This document shows, one piece after another, positions 33,836-42,819 of a stretch of 64,000 bases of DNA. The translations under genes and the position numbers were made by a program. This DNA is from an uncultured Aliarcobacter sp. (GTDB taxonomy: Bacteria > Campylobacterota > Campylobacteria > Campylobacterales > Arcobacteraceae), in NCBI GenBank assembly GCA_963664305.2, contig CAXXLV010000001.1, positions 640,001 to 704,000 on the forward strand. Direction: 5' to 3'. Each line of letters starts with the position of its first letter. Within the stretch, counting starts at the first letter, position 1. Under the pieces are notes generated by a model that saw nothing but the letters and a program-made list of their open reading frames with translations, had not been told where the DNA came from and did no database searches.

Positions 33836-34027
33836 ATGAATATCGAATACAAATTTTTACAAAAAGCAATCAATGACAAAAACTATGTTAGTTTTAGTTA
33901 TGAAAACAAAATTTATAAAAATATCAAACCTTTAAAACTAGATGATGGAAATAGACTTCATAGTGATAAAGGTGTTTTTGAGTTTGAGAAGATTAAAAAG
34001 TTGGTGGTTTTGAAAGAGAGATTTTGA
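33836..34027 (+). CDS. Small hypothetical protein, WYL-like pattern
   Basis: LQKAINDKNYVSFSY…IKPLKL…FEFEKIKKL. Confidence 0.55.
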   Translation: MNIEYKFLQKAINDKNYVSFSYENKIYKNIKPLKLDDGNRLHSDKGVFEFEKIKKLVVLKERF

Positions 34028-34035
34028 TTTGAATA

Positions 34036-34201
34036 TTACTTTTCTTTTTAGTAAAGAAAAGTTGACAAAAGAAAAGCGTTCGCAAAGTTCCAAAATAGCT
34101 AAAAAATAAAATGAAATCTTAAAATTTGAAAACTCGGCTAAAGCCTCAAACAGTTCAAATTTCTTAACAGATTTAATTTGATTTTTCTTTACGCTATTTT
34201 G
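34036..34201. repeat. Composite palindromic intergenic element
   Basis: Hairpin ACTTTTCTTT/AAAGAAAAGT, then a long interrupted hairpin CAAAATAGC…GCTATTTTG with core AACTC-GGCT-AA-AGCC-TCAAACA. Confidence 0.6.
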
Positions 34202-34208
34202 AAAATGC

Positions 34209-35036
34209 TCACTTTCTTAATCCACTTAAACTTGCTATTGAAGCTTGTAATACTTGCCAACTAATTAACGCCGTATGTTTATCAGGATTAAAATTTTGCA
34301 TTGCTTGAACTCTTGGATGAATATAATTCCTAAAATCTCTTACTTCATGACTAAATTTTTTTACATCTAATCCAATATAATTTAATTCATGAGAAACATC
34401 AATTAAAGAACTTAATGACCATTCACTTAATGGCTTAACATTACCATTTTTATCTTTGGGAGAACTTTTAGCACAATTAAATTCTTTAATATGTTTTGAG
34501 GCTTTCTCAATTAACAACCCTTCTAAGGTACTCCCACATAAAAAAACAACAGATAAGGATATATTATTTGACAAGCACATTTTTATTTCAGTTATTCTTT
34601 GACTTATAATTTTTTCATATTGAAAATCTAATTCTAAATAAGAAAGATTGATTTCATCAAATCTCAAATTTAAAAAATCTTCTTCTGTTTTTTCTTTAAT
34701 CTCTTTACCTAGTAATCTATCAACAATTCTTTTACATTCAAAATAAATATTATTATTTAATTCCTGTGATTTTTTTAATTCTTCAAATCTCCAAACTTCT
34801 AACATTTCATTCAAAACTTTTCCTACTATTAAATCACTTTCTATTTCCCAAAATGCTCGTAATCTTTTTGCTTTAGAATTACCATTATATTCATATTTAT
34901 CATCATAAATATGAATTCTAACTATGTCATAAATCAATTTTGCAAATTCTGAATTTGTAAAATCTAATACATATCCATTTCCCATGTCAAATAAATTTTC
35001 AAAATATCGCTTTTCTGTAGTTTTTAATTGTGCCAT
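34209..35036 (-). CDS. Putative AbiJ-like N-terminal domain plus HEPN-type protein
   Basis: N-terminal GYVLDF…SKAKRLRAFW; C-terminal CGSTLEGLL…W.L..LID and RDFRNYIHP (Rx4-6H). Confidence 0.65.
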   Translation of the reverse strand: MAQLKTTEKRYFENLFDMGNGYVLDFTNSEFAKLIYDIVRIHIYDDKYEYNGNSKAKRLRAFWEIESDLIVGKVLNEMLEVWRFEELKKSQELNNNIYFECKRIVDRLLGKEIKEKTEEDFLNLRFDEINLSYLELDFQYEKIISQRITEIKMCLSNNISLSVVFLCGSTLEGLLIEKASKHIKEFNCAKSSPKDKNGNVKPLSEWSLSSLIDVSHELNYIGLDVKKFSHEVRDFRNYIHPRVQAMQNFNPDKHTALISWQVLQASIASLSGLRK

Positions 35037-35080
35037 TGATTTCTCTTAAATAATTATTTTTAGTATTTCATTATACTTAG

Positions 35081-35199
35081 AAAATAGTAAATTTTGTTAA
35101 AGTTCAAGGCAAAAGGAAAAATTGGAATAGGAGCATACAGAAGTATGTGACTATTTCAATTTTGACGATAACGCAGAGATTTACAAAAAGAACTATTTT
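35081..35199. repeat. ERIC-like palindromic element
   Basis: CAAGGC…AGGAGC-ATAC-AGAA-GTAT-GTGACT…AACGCAG inside nested inverted repeats. Confidence 0.65.
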
Positions 35200-36424
35200 A
35201 TCTAGCTAGACTTTTCCCAACAAGATAACCACTCGCCCACGCAAAATGAAGATTAAATCCTCCCCTATTCCCAACTATATCTAAAACCTCTCCTGCAAAA
35301 TATAGATTTTTCACCAACTTGCTTTCATAAGTTTTATTATCAACCTCGATAGTTCGCACACCTCCACCACTTGCTTCTGCGTGGGCAAAACCTTGAGTAT
35401 CTATGATTTTCATTTTCCACTGATTTAGTTGATAAGCTATTGCTTTTATCTGTTTTGCATTTATTTCAGAGGCTTTTGTATTTATATCTATTTTACAAAT
35501 ATCTAATAAAGCTGGAGCTATTTTATTTGAAACCATTCCAGTTAAGATATCCACAACTCTTTGATTTGGTACAGTTTTTAATAAACTTTGTATTTGGTCG
35601 GCTAAGTCATTTTTATTTATTTTTGGAAAGAAGTTGATAGCGATTTTTACATCTTGATAAGAACTTAGATTTAAAACAGCAAGTTGTGAGATATCAAGTA
35701 TTGCAAAACCTGAAACTCCATAGCTTGTAAAAAGTACATCTCCAAATATCTCTTGCTCTAAATTATTATTTACAAACAAGCTTACATTACACTCTTTTTT
35801 TACTCCTTGAAGTTTTCCATTATAAGTGTTTTCAGTTTGAAGTCCTACAAGTGAAGGATAAGTTGGATTATAAGAGTGTCCAAATTTTGAAGCAAAATCC
35901 AAACCACTCTCATTTGCATTTAGTTGTGGAGCTGCACCTAAACCATTTGAGATTAGAACTTTGTCATAGTTTTTGTATTCATTTTCAGCTGTTTTTATTA
36001 CAAATTTATCTTCAACTTTTTCTATATCTTTTATAAAGTGCTCCAAATAAACATTAATATCTAGATTTTTTAAAGCAAGTTCCAAAAGATTTGTTACAGA
36101 TTTTGCTTCATTTGAGAGTGGATAAACTTTCCCACTCTCTTTGATATCTAGTAAAAGTCCAATACTTTTGCAAAACTTTTCAAAGGCTTTGAAATCAAAC
36201 TCTTTTAAAGCAAAATTTACAAACTCAGGATTTTCTCCAATATAGTTTTTTGATGTGATTTGATTATTTGAGATATTGCATCTTCCATTTCCGCTAGCTA
36301 GGATTTTTTTACCTATACCTTTATTTGCATCAAACATATCTATTTGTAAATTTTTATTTAATCTTTTAGCTGTAATTGCAGCCATAATTCCAGCTGCTCC
36401 ACAGCCAATAATCGCTATTTTCAA
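35198..36424 (-). CDS. HI0933/YhiN/BaiN family flavoprotein
   Basis: IIGCGAAG, GKKILASGNGRCN, GGV, FAGEVLD…GGFNLHFAWASG. Confidence 0.92.
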   Translation of the reverse strand: MKIAIIGCGAAGIMAAITAKRLNKNLQIDMFDANKGIGKKILASGNGRCNISNNQITSKNYIGENPEFVNFALKEFDFKAFEKFCKSIGLLLDIKESGKVYPLSNEAKSVTNLLELALKNLDINVYLEHFIKDIEKVEDKFVIKTAENEYKNYDKVLISNGLGAAPQLNANESGLDFASKFGHSYNPTYPSLVGLQTENTYNGKLQGVKKECNVSLFVNNNLEQEIFGDVLFTSYGVSGFAILDISQLAVLNLSSYQDVKIAINFFPKINKNDLADQIQSLLKTVPNQRVVDILTGMVSNKIAPALLDICKIDINTKASEINAKQIKAIAYQLNQWKMKIIDTQGFAHAEASGGGVRTIEVDNKTYESKLVKNLYFAGEVLDIVGNRGGFNLHFAWASGYLVGKSLAR

Positions 36425-36488
36425 TACTATTTCCTAAATCATTTTTTTGATTATAGCCAATGAACTCTTTTAGACTCTTTCAAAATAT

Positions 36489-36505
36489 GAGGAACGTTAT
36501 TTGCA
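36489..36505 (+). promoter_or_regulatory. Putative sigma54 (-24/-12) promoter
   Basis: aGGAACgttatTTGCA, GG-N10-GC spacing, about 30 nt upstream of the ATPase start. Confidence 0.6.
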
Positions 36506-36534
36506 TTACTTCTCCCATAAATAAAGGATAGTTT

Positions 36535-37536
36535 ATGAATCCACAAAAGATAAAACGTTCAGTTGAACACTTAATAGAAAGAAAAGTACCTATATTTTTA
36601 TGGGGACCTCCAGGTATTGGAAAATCATCAATTATTTCTCAAATAGCACGAGAAAAAGGCATAGCTTGTATAGATTTAAGGCTTTCTTTACTTGACCCAA
36701 CGGATTTAAGAGGTATTCCATTTTTTGACTCTTCTAATCAAACAGCTATTTGGGCACCTGCTTCATTTTTACCTGATGGTAGTATCAAAGAGGGAATTCT
36801 GTTTTTAGATGAGTTAAACACAGCTGCTCCGATGGTTCAAGCTTCTGCTTATCAACTTATCTTAGATAGAAAAATTGGAGAATACAAACTTCCTGACGGT
36901 TGGGCAATAGTTGCTGCTGGAAATAGAGAAAGTGATAAAGGTGTAGTTTTTCGTATGGCTGCACCACTTGCAAATAGATTTATTCACCTTGATATGGAAG
37001 TAAATGTAGATGATTGGAAGATTTGGGCAAGAGTCGCAAATATCGATTTATCGATAATCTCATTTATCTCATATAGACCTGATGCGCTTTTTACATTTAA
37101 CACTCACAGTGATTCAAAAGCTTTTGCAACTCCTAGAACTTGGGCTTATGTAAATGAGATTTTGCATTCAACTCCTGAAGATGACCTACTTATGCCACTT
37201 ATTAGTGGAGCGATTGGTGAAGAGTTAGCTGCTTCATTTTTAGGATTTAAATCAGTTGTAAAAGATTTACCAAATATGGATGCAATATTTGAAGGAACAA
37301 CGACTGAAACTCCAACTGATACTTCTGCTTTACATATTTTATGTACTGCTTTAACTTTAAAAGTAAATGATGAAACAAGAACAAAAGAGTTAGACAATCT
37401 TTTAAACTACTCTTTAAATCTTCCAGGAGAGTTTGCAGTTATGATAATCCAAGATTTAAGACAAAGAAGTATTGAACTTGATTATCTAAAATCTTGGCCT
37501 TTATGGATGAAAAAATTTAACTCTTTGCTTAGATAA
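36535..37536 (+). CDS. MoxR-like AAA+ ATPase
   Basis: Walker A GPPGIGKS, Walker B LFLDELN, AAGN, PLANRF, ATPRTW. Confidence 0.9.
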   Translation: MNPQKIKRSVEHLIERKVPIFLWGPPGIGKSSIISQIAREKGIACIDLRLSLLDPTDLRGIPFFDSSNQTAIWAPASFLPDGSIKEGILFLDELNTAAPMVQASAYQLILDRKIGEYKLPDGWAIVAAGNRESDKGVVFRMAAPLANRFIHLDMEVNVDDWKIWARVANIDLSIISFISYRPDALFTFNTHSDSKAFATPRTWAYVNEILHSTPEDDLLMPLISGAIGEELAASFLGFKSVVKDLPNMDAIFEGTTTETPTDTSALHILCTALTLKVNDETRTKELDNLLNYSLNLPGEFAVMIIQDLRQRSIELDYLKSWPLWMKKFNSLLR

Positions 37537-37539
37537 ATT

Positions 37540-38670
37540 ATGAACGCAGATATTTTACTAACAAAAGCTAAAAGCCAACTAACTACCAAACATCCATATT
37601 TTGGTATGTTAGCTTCGAGACTAAAACATGAAGAAAATGAAAGCATAAGAGCATATGCAAGTAATGGAAAACGATTTTTATATAATCCTTCTTTTGTGGA
37701 GAGTTGTAGTATTGAAGAGTTGTCTTTTGTTTTAACTAACTGCGTTATGCATCATATTTTATCTCACCAACAAAGAAAACTAAAAAGAAAAGGTTTTCTT
37801 TGGCAACTTGCAACTGATTTTGCAATCAATAATCTACTTTTTAAAAATGGAGTAAAAATCCCAAAAGGTGCAAATTTTGATAAAAAATATAAAAATATGT
37901 ACGCTGAAGAGATTTATGAAGAGCTAAAAAAAGAGCGAATAGAAGCTGGATTTGATGCCTATGAAGAAGATGAGGAAGAAAAAGAGCAAGAACAAAATGA
38001 AGAGAACAAATTTACAAAAGTAAAAAATATCGAAGAAAACCTTGATGAAAGAGATGAAGAACAGTGGGAATATGCTTCAACTTTAGCAAAAGAGGTAGCT
38101 ATAAGAAAATCTTTAATGCCTTTAGGTTTTGAAAGATTAGCAAAAAAAGTTGAAGCTAAAAATATCGATTGGAAGTTTGAATTATACAATGCCATAAATC
38201 GTCATATGAGGAACAACTACGCTTTTATGCCACCAAATAAAAAACATCTATATCGTGGTTTTGCTCTGCCATCACTTACAAGTGATACATTAAGTCTTAT
38301 AGTTGCTATTGATACATCTGGTTCTATTCAAGAAGAGATTTTAGGAGCTTTTGTTGAAGAGTTTAAAACTATTATGCAAAATTTTCCGGCAGTTAATATA
38401 GAACTTCTAATCGCTGATGCAAAAATACAAGGTCACTATAGTTTTAAAAATGCTCAAGATATTGATTTTGTTTTAAAAGGTGGTGGAGGAACTGACTATC
38501 GTCCTGTATTTGACTACATTGATGCAAACTTTCCTATGAGTAGTATGCTTTTATATTTTACTGATGGTGATGGAATTTTTCCAAGAATTCCACCATCATA
38601 TGAAGTTCTTTGGGCTTTATCAAATAGAAAAGATAGAATTCCTTTTGGTAGGTCAATTGTGATTTTTTAG
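37540..38670 (+). CDS. DUF2201-type metallopeptidase-like plus VWA domain protein
   Basis: MIDAS DTSGS, GGGGTDYRP, YFTDG; N-terminal WQLATDFAIN. Confidence 0.85.
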   Translation: MNADILLTKAKSQLTTKHPYFGMLASRLKHEENESIRAYASNGKRFLYNPSFVESCSIEELSFVLTNCVMHHILSHQQRKLKRKGFLWQLATDFAINNLLFKNGVKIPKGANFDKKYKNMYAEEIYEELKKERIEAGFDAYEEDEEEKEQEQNEENKFTKVKNIEENLDERDEEQWEYASTLAKEVAIRKSLMPLGFERLAKKVEAKNIDWKFELYNAINRHMRNNYAFMPPNKKHLYRGFALPSLTSDTLSLIVAIDTSGSIQEEILGAFVEEFKTIMQNFPAVNIELLIADAKIQGHYSFKNAQDIDFVLKGGGGTDYRPVFDYIDANFPMSSMLLYFTDGDGIFPRIPPSYEVLWALSNRKDRIPFGRSIVIF

Positions 38671-38981
38671 TAAAAAACTGCAAACCAAATAGTTGGCTCT
38701 ATTTGGCTTGTAAACTTTACTCTGTGTTTTTCAAATGCTTTTATATTTAAACAATCACCTTTTTTTAACTCAACTTCATAATCATCAAATTCAAGTATAG
38801 CAAAACCCTCAAGAAGTAAAATATATTCACTCTGTTCTTGCTCATACCAAAAATTTTCAGGTGATTTTTGACCATTTGAAACAATTTTTTCTATTTTTAT
38901 CTTCTCATTTTTAAAAATTTCAAAAAATTTTTCTTCACTTTTATCTATTGGAATTTCATCAAAGATATTATATTTTTCCAT
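38667..38981 (-). CDS. Cupin domain protein
   Basis: IEKIVSNGQKSP…WYEQ…HRV…TIWFAVFY. Confidence 0.85.
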   Translation of the reverse strand: MEKYNIFDEIPIDKSEEKFFEIFKNEKIKIEKIVSNGQKSPENFWYEQEQSEYILLLEGFAILEFDDYEVELKKGDCLNIKAFEKHRVKFTSQIEPTIWFAVFY

Positions 38982-39049
38982 ATTTATTTTGACCTAATAT
39001 ATTGATTTTTTGGTATTTTACCCTAATTCTTATAATGATGTGATATAAT

Positions 39050-39068
39050 CTTGATAGATTTAATCAAG
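39050..39068. promoter_or_regulatory. Candidate Rrf2-family operator
   Basis: CTTGAT-N7-ATCAAG upstream of the sulfur operon. Confidence 0.45.
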
Positions 39069-39194
39069 TTAGATATATACACCTTATTTAAAGGGTATTA
39101 TATTAATTTTGATTAAACTACTTGACATTAATTCAAAAATGTTCTATAATTTCAACATAATTAAAGTTGATTAATTTAAAAAGGATTAAGATAC

Positions 39195-40463
39195 ATGGAA
39201 AAAGAAACAATTGCAATACATGCAGGATATAATAAAAAACAAGGTAACGGAGAGATGTCTGTTCCAATTTCTCAAACAACAGCTTATGCGTTTAGAGATA
39301 GTGAACATGCAGCAAATTTATTTGCATTAAAAGAATTAGGACCAATCTATACAAGATTAACAAACCCAACAACAGATGTTTTAGAGCAAAGATTTGCACA
39401 ACTAGAAGGTGGAGCAGCAGCTATTTGTACATCTTCAGGACAAGCTGCAATTTTTTATGCGATTGCAAATGTTGCTGAAGCTGGTGATAATATCATTATT
39501 TCTGATAAATTATATGGTGGAGCAGTTACACTTTTAACTCATACTATTAAAAGATTTGGAATCAGTGCAAAAGTATTTAAAAGTGATGACGCTTCTAATT
39601 TAGAAGAGTTAATTGATGATAAAACAAAAGCAATTTTCTTTGAATCATTATCAAATCCACAAATTGCAATTACTGATGTTGAAAAAGTAGTTGAAATTGC
39701 AAAAAGACATGGTGTTTTAACTGTTTGTGATAATACAGTTGCAAGTGCAGCGTTATTTAATCCAATCGCTTGGGGAGTTGATGTTGTTGTTCATTCAACT
39801 TCAAAATATACAAATGGTCAAGGAACTGCAATTGGTGGAATCGTTGTAGAAAGAGATGGATTAGCAGAATTTTTCAAAGCAAATTCAAATAGATATTCTC
39901 ACTTTACAACACCAGATGAGTCATATCATGGATTAGTTTATACGGATGTTCCACTTCCAAACTTTTGTTTAAGAATTAGATTAGCATTATTAAGAGATAT
40001 CGGTGCAACTCAAGCTCCATTTAACTCTTGGCTTTTAATTCAAACATTAGAAACTTTAGGATTAAGAGTTGATAAACACTCTGATAACGCTTTAGAAGTT
40101 GCAAAATTCTTAGAGTCACATCCAAAAGTAAAAGCGGTAAATTATCCAGGGCTAAAATCAAATAAATATTATGATAAAGCTCAAAAATATTTCAAAGGTG
40201 GAAAAGCATCTGGATTAATTTCATTTGATGTTGAATCTTTTGAAGAAGCAAAAAGAATCATTGATAGCGTTAAACTGTTTAGCGTTGTTGTAAATATTGG
40301 AGATAGTAAATCACTAATTACTCATCCAGCTTCAACTACTCACTCTCAAATGAGTCCAGAAGAGTTAGTAAAAGCGGGTGTTAATCCTGTGACTGTTAGA
40401 CTTTCTATTGGTTTAGAAAATCCTGTTGATCTTATTGAAGATCTAAATCTTGCATTAAACTAG
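39195..40463 (+). CDS. O-acetylhomoserine sulfhydrylase (MetY-like)
   Basis: IYTRLTNPT, HSTSKY (PLP Lys), NIGDSKSLITHPASTTH. Confidence 0.9.
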   Translation: MEKETIAIHAGYNKKQGNGEMSVPISQTTAYAFRDSEHAANLFALKELGPIYTRLTNPTTDVLEQRFAQLEGGAAAICTSSGQAAIFYAIANVAEAGDNIIISDKLYGGAVTLLTHTIKRFGISAKVFKSDDASNLEELIDDKTKAIFFESLSNPQIAITDVEKVVEIAKRHGVLTVCDNTVASAALFNPIAWGVDVVVHSTSKYTNGQGTAIGGIVVERDGLAEFFKANSNRYSHFTTPDESYHGLVYTDVPLPNFCLRIRLALLRDIGATQAPFNSWLLIQTLETLGLRVDKHSDNALEVAKFLESHPKVKAVNYPGLKSNKYYDKAQKYFKGGKASGLISFDVESFEEAKRIIDSVKLFSVVVNIGDSKSLITHPASTTHSQMSPEELVKAGVNPVTVRLSIGLENPVDLIEDLNLALN

Positions 40464-40467
40464 AAAA

Positions 40468-40881
40468 ATGCCTCTAATATCAACAAAAGGGGTATATGGT
40501 TTAACTGCCATGTACGAGTTAAGTAAGCATCAAGAAGATAGTCCCATGCAAATCAAGGAAATATCTGCAAATGCTAACATTCCTCAAAATTACTTGGAAC
40601 AGCTCTTAAGTAAATTAAGACGAGCTGATTTAGTAAAAAGTATAAGAGGAGCAAGAGGTGGTTACACCCTTGCAAAGAGTCCAGAAGAAATCAAAGTAGT
40701 TGATATTTTGATTGCTTTAGAAGATGATATAAAAATTATTGACACAAAAACAGATAATCCAATTTTGAATATCTTTTTTGATGAGTCAAAAAATAGTATG
40801 AAAAAAATCTTTGATATTCAACTATCAAAACTAGATGAATATCAAGATAAATATAACGAATTTTTACATTACAATATTTAA
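40468..40881 (+). CDS. Rrf2 family regulator, CymR-like (no Fe-S Cys)
   Basis: STKGVYGL…YLEQLL…SIRGARGGY; contains no Cys. Confidence 0.88.
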   Translation: MPLISTKGVYGLTAMYELSKHQEDSPMQIKEISANANIPQNYLEQLLSKLRRADLVKSIRGARGGYTLAKSPEEIKVVDILIALEDDIKIIDTKTDNPILNIFFDESKNSMKKIFDIQLSKLDEYQDKYNEFLHYNI

Positions 40882-40893
40882 GGAAGGCAAGAA

Positions 40894-41826
40894 ATGAAAT
40901 ACGCAAATAACATAACGGAATTAATTGGTAATACACCTTTAGTAAAATTACAAGCTGCAAGTAATGCAAGCGGAGCAACTGTTTTAGGTAAATGTGAATT
41001 TATGAACCCATCACATTCAGTAAAAGATAGAATTGGAACAAACATGATAAACGCTGCTTTAAAAGCTGGTTTAATCAATAAAGATACAATCGTAATTGAA
41101 CCAACAAGTGGAAATACAGGAATTGCATTAGCTTCTGTTTGTGCTGCTTTAGGAATTAAATTAATTCTTACAATGCCTTCATCAATGAGTATTGAAAGAA
41201 GAAGATTATTAAAAGCATTAGGTGCAGAACTTGTTTTAACTGCTCCAGAAAAAGGAATGAAAGGTGCTATCGAAAAAGCTGATGAGTTACATGCGGAAAC
41301 TCCAAATTCATTCATTCCTCAACAATTTGCAAATGCTGCAAATCCAGAGATTCACAGACTTACAACAGCAAAAGAAATTTTAGCTGATACAGATGGTAAA
41401 GTTGATATCTTCATTGCAGCAGTTGGAACTGGTGGAACAATTACTGGAACAAGTGAAGTTTTAAAAGCTCACAATCCAAATGTACAAATTATTGCAGTTG
41501 AGCCAGAAGCAAGTCCTGTATTAAGTGGTGGAAAACCAGGACCTCACAAAATTCAAGGAATTGGAGCTGGATTTGTACCTGCAGTTTTAAATACTGGAAT
41601 TTATGATGAAGTAATTCAAGTATCAAATGATGATGCTATTGAAAGTTCAAGAAAATTAGCATTAACTGAGGGATTACTTGTTGGAATCAGTGCTGGAGCA
41701 AACGCTCACGTTGCAGCATTAGTTGCGGCTAGACCAGAAAATAAAGGTAAAACAATCGTTACAATTTTATGTGACACAGGTGAGAGATACCTAAGTTCTG
41801 GTTTATACAATTATGATGAAGAGTAA
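40894..41826 (+). CDS. cysK: Cysteine synthase A
   Basis: [33 protein letters not shown]. Confidence 0.96.
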   Translation: MKYANNITELIGNTPLVKLQAASNASGATVLGKCEFMNPSHSVKDRIGTNMINAALKAGLINKDTIVIEPTSGNTGIALASVCAALGIKLILTMPSSMSIERRRLLKALGAELVLTAPEKGMKGAIEKADELHAETPNSFIPQQFANAANPEIHRLTTAKEILADTDGKVDIFIAAVGTGGTITGTSEVLKAHNPNVQIIAVEPEASPVLSGGKPGPHKIQGIGAGFVPAVLNTGIYDEVIQVSNDDAIESSRKLALTEGLLVGISAGANAHVAALVAARPENKGKTIVTILCDTGERYLSSGLYNYDEE

Positions 41827-41863
41827 GAACTCTTTATCATAAGAAATAAAATAGGGAAAATTT

Positions 41864-42094
41864 ATGCACGAAAAACCTTATAGGTCAGTTGTAAAAGCAA
41901 TATCTTGGAGAACAGTAGGAACACTTGATACGATGATAGTTTCTTACTTTGTAACTGGAAATCTAATAATGGCTGCTTCAATTGGTTCAATTGAAGTTAT
42001 AACGAAAATGGCTTTATACTATTTCCACGAAAGAGCTTGGAATAAGTTATCTTTTGGAAGAGTAAAAGAACCAGTAAATGATTATCAAATTTAG
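41864..42094 (+). CDS. DUF2061 family membrane protein
   Basis: RSVVKAISWR…YYFHERAW. Confidence 0.85.
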   Translation: MHEKPYRSVVKAISWRTVGTLDTMIVSYFVTGNLIMAASIGSIEVITKMALYYFHERAWNKLSFGRVKEPVNDYQI

Positions 42095-42102
42095 GTTAGT
42101 AA

Positions 42103-42807
42103 ATGAGTAAAATAGAGTTAATAGCAAAAATAAATAAAGAACTTGAAAACAAATCAACACAAGAAGTTGTTGCGTATCTTTTAGATAATTTTAAAAATGT
42201 AGCTTTAAGTTCAAGTTTAGCAGCAGAAGACCAAGTTTTGACAGATTTACTACTTAAAAAAGATAAAAATGCAACAATATTTACATTAGATACAGGAAGA
42301 TTACATCCTGAAACTTATGATGTAATGGATGCTACAAATCTAAAATATGGTGTAAAAATTGATGTATTTTTTCCAAATAGTGAAAAAGTACAAGAGCTTT
42401 ATCAAACACAAGGTGTAAATGGTCAATATGAAAGTATTGATAATAGAAAAAACTGCTGTAATATCAGAAAAATTGAACCGTTAAAAAGAGCTTTACAAGG
42501 CGTTGAAGTTTGGATTACTGGATTAAGAGCATCTCAAAGTGTTACAAGAGTTGATATGCCTTTAGTTGAATGGGATGAAAACTTCAAAGTTATCAAAGTA
42601 AATCCTTTAATCAACTGGAGTGAAAAAGATGTTTGGGATTATATAAAAGAAAATAGAGTTCCATATAACAAACTTCACGATAAAGGTTTCCCTAGTATTG
42701 GATGTGCTCCTTGTACAAGAGCTATAAAAGAAGGTGAAGATATAAGAGCAGGAAGATGGTGGTGGGAGAACCCAGAACATAAAGAGTGTGGTTTACACAA
42801 AAAATAA
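42103..42807 (+). CDS. cysH: Assimilatory APS reductase (Fe-S type CysH)
   Basis: LDTGRL, CC..RK, SIGCAPCT, ECGLH. Confidence 0.93.
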   Translation: MSKIELIAKINKELENKSTQEVVAYLLDNFKNVALSSSLAAEDQVLTDLLLKKDKNATIFTLDTGRLHPETYDVMDATNLKYGVKIDVFFPNSEKVQELYQTQGVNGQYESIDNRKNCCNIRKIEPLKRALQGVEVWITGLRASQSVTRVDMPLVEWDENFKVIKVNPLINWSEKDVWDYIKENRVPYNKLHDKGFPSIGCAPCTRAIKEGEDIRAGRWWWENPEHKECGLHKK

Positions 42808-42819
42808 GAAAGGAAGAAA

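Noticed and set aside
40878..41315. 145 aa minus-strand ORF over cysK, and similar shadows at 33372, 37146 and 28391
   Set aside because: Antisense to well-supported genes, with no RBS or recognisable motifs.
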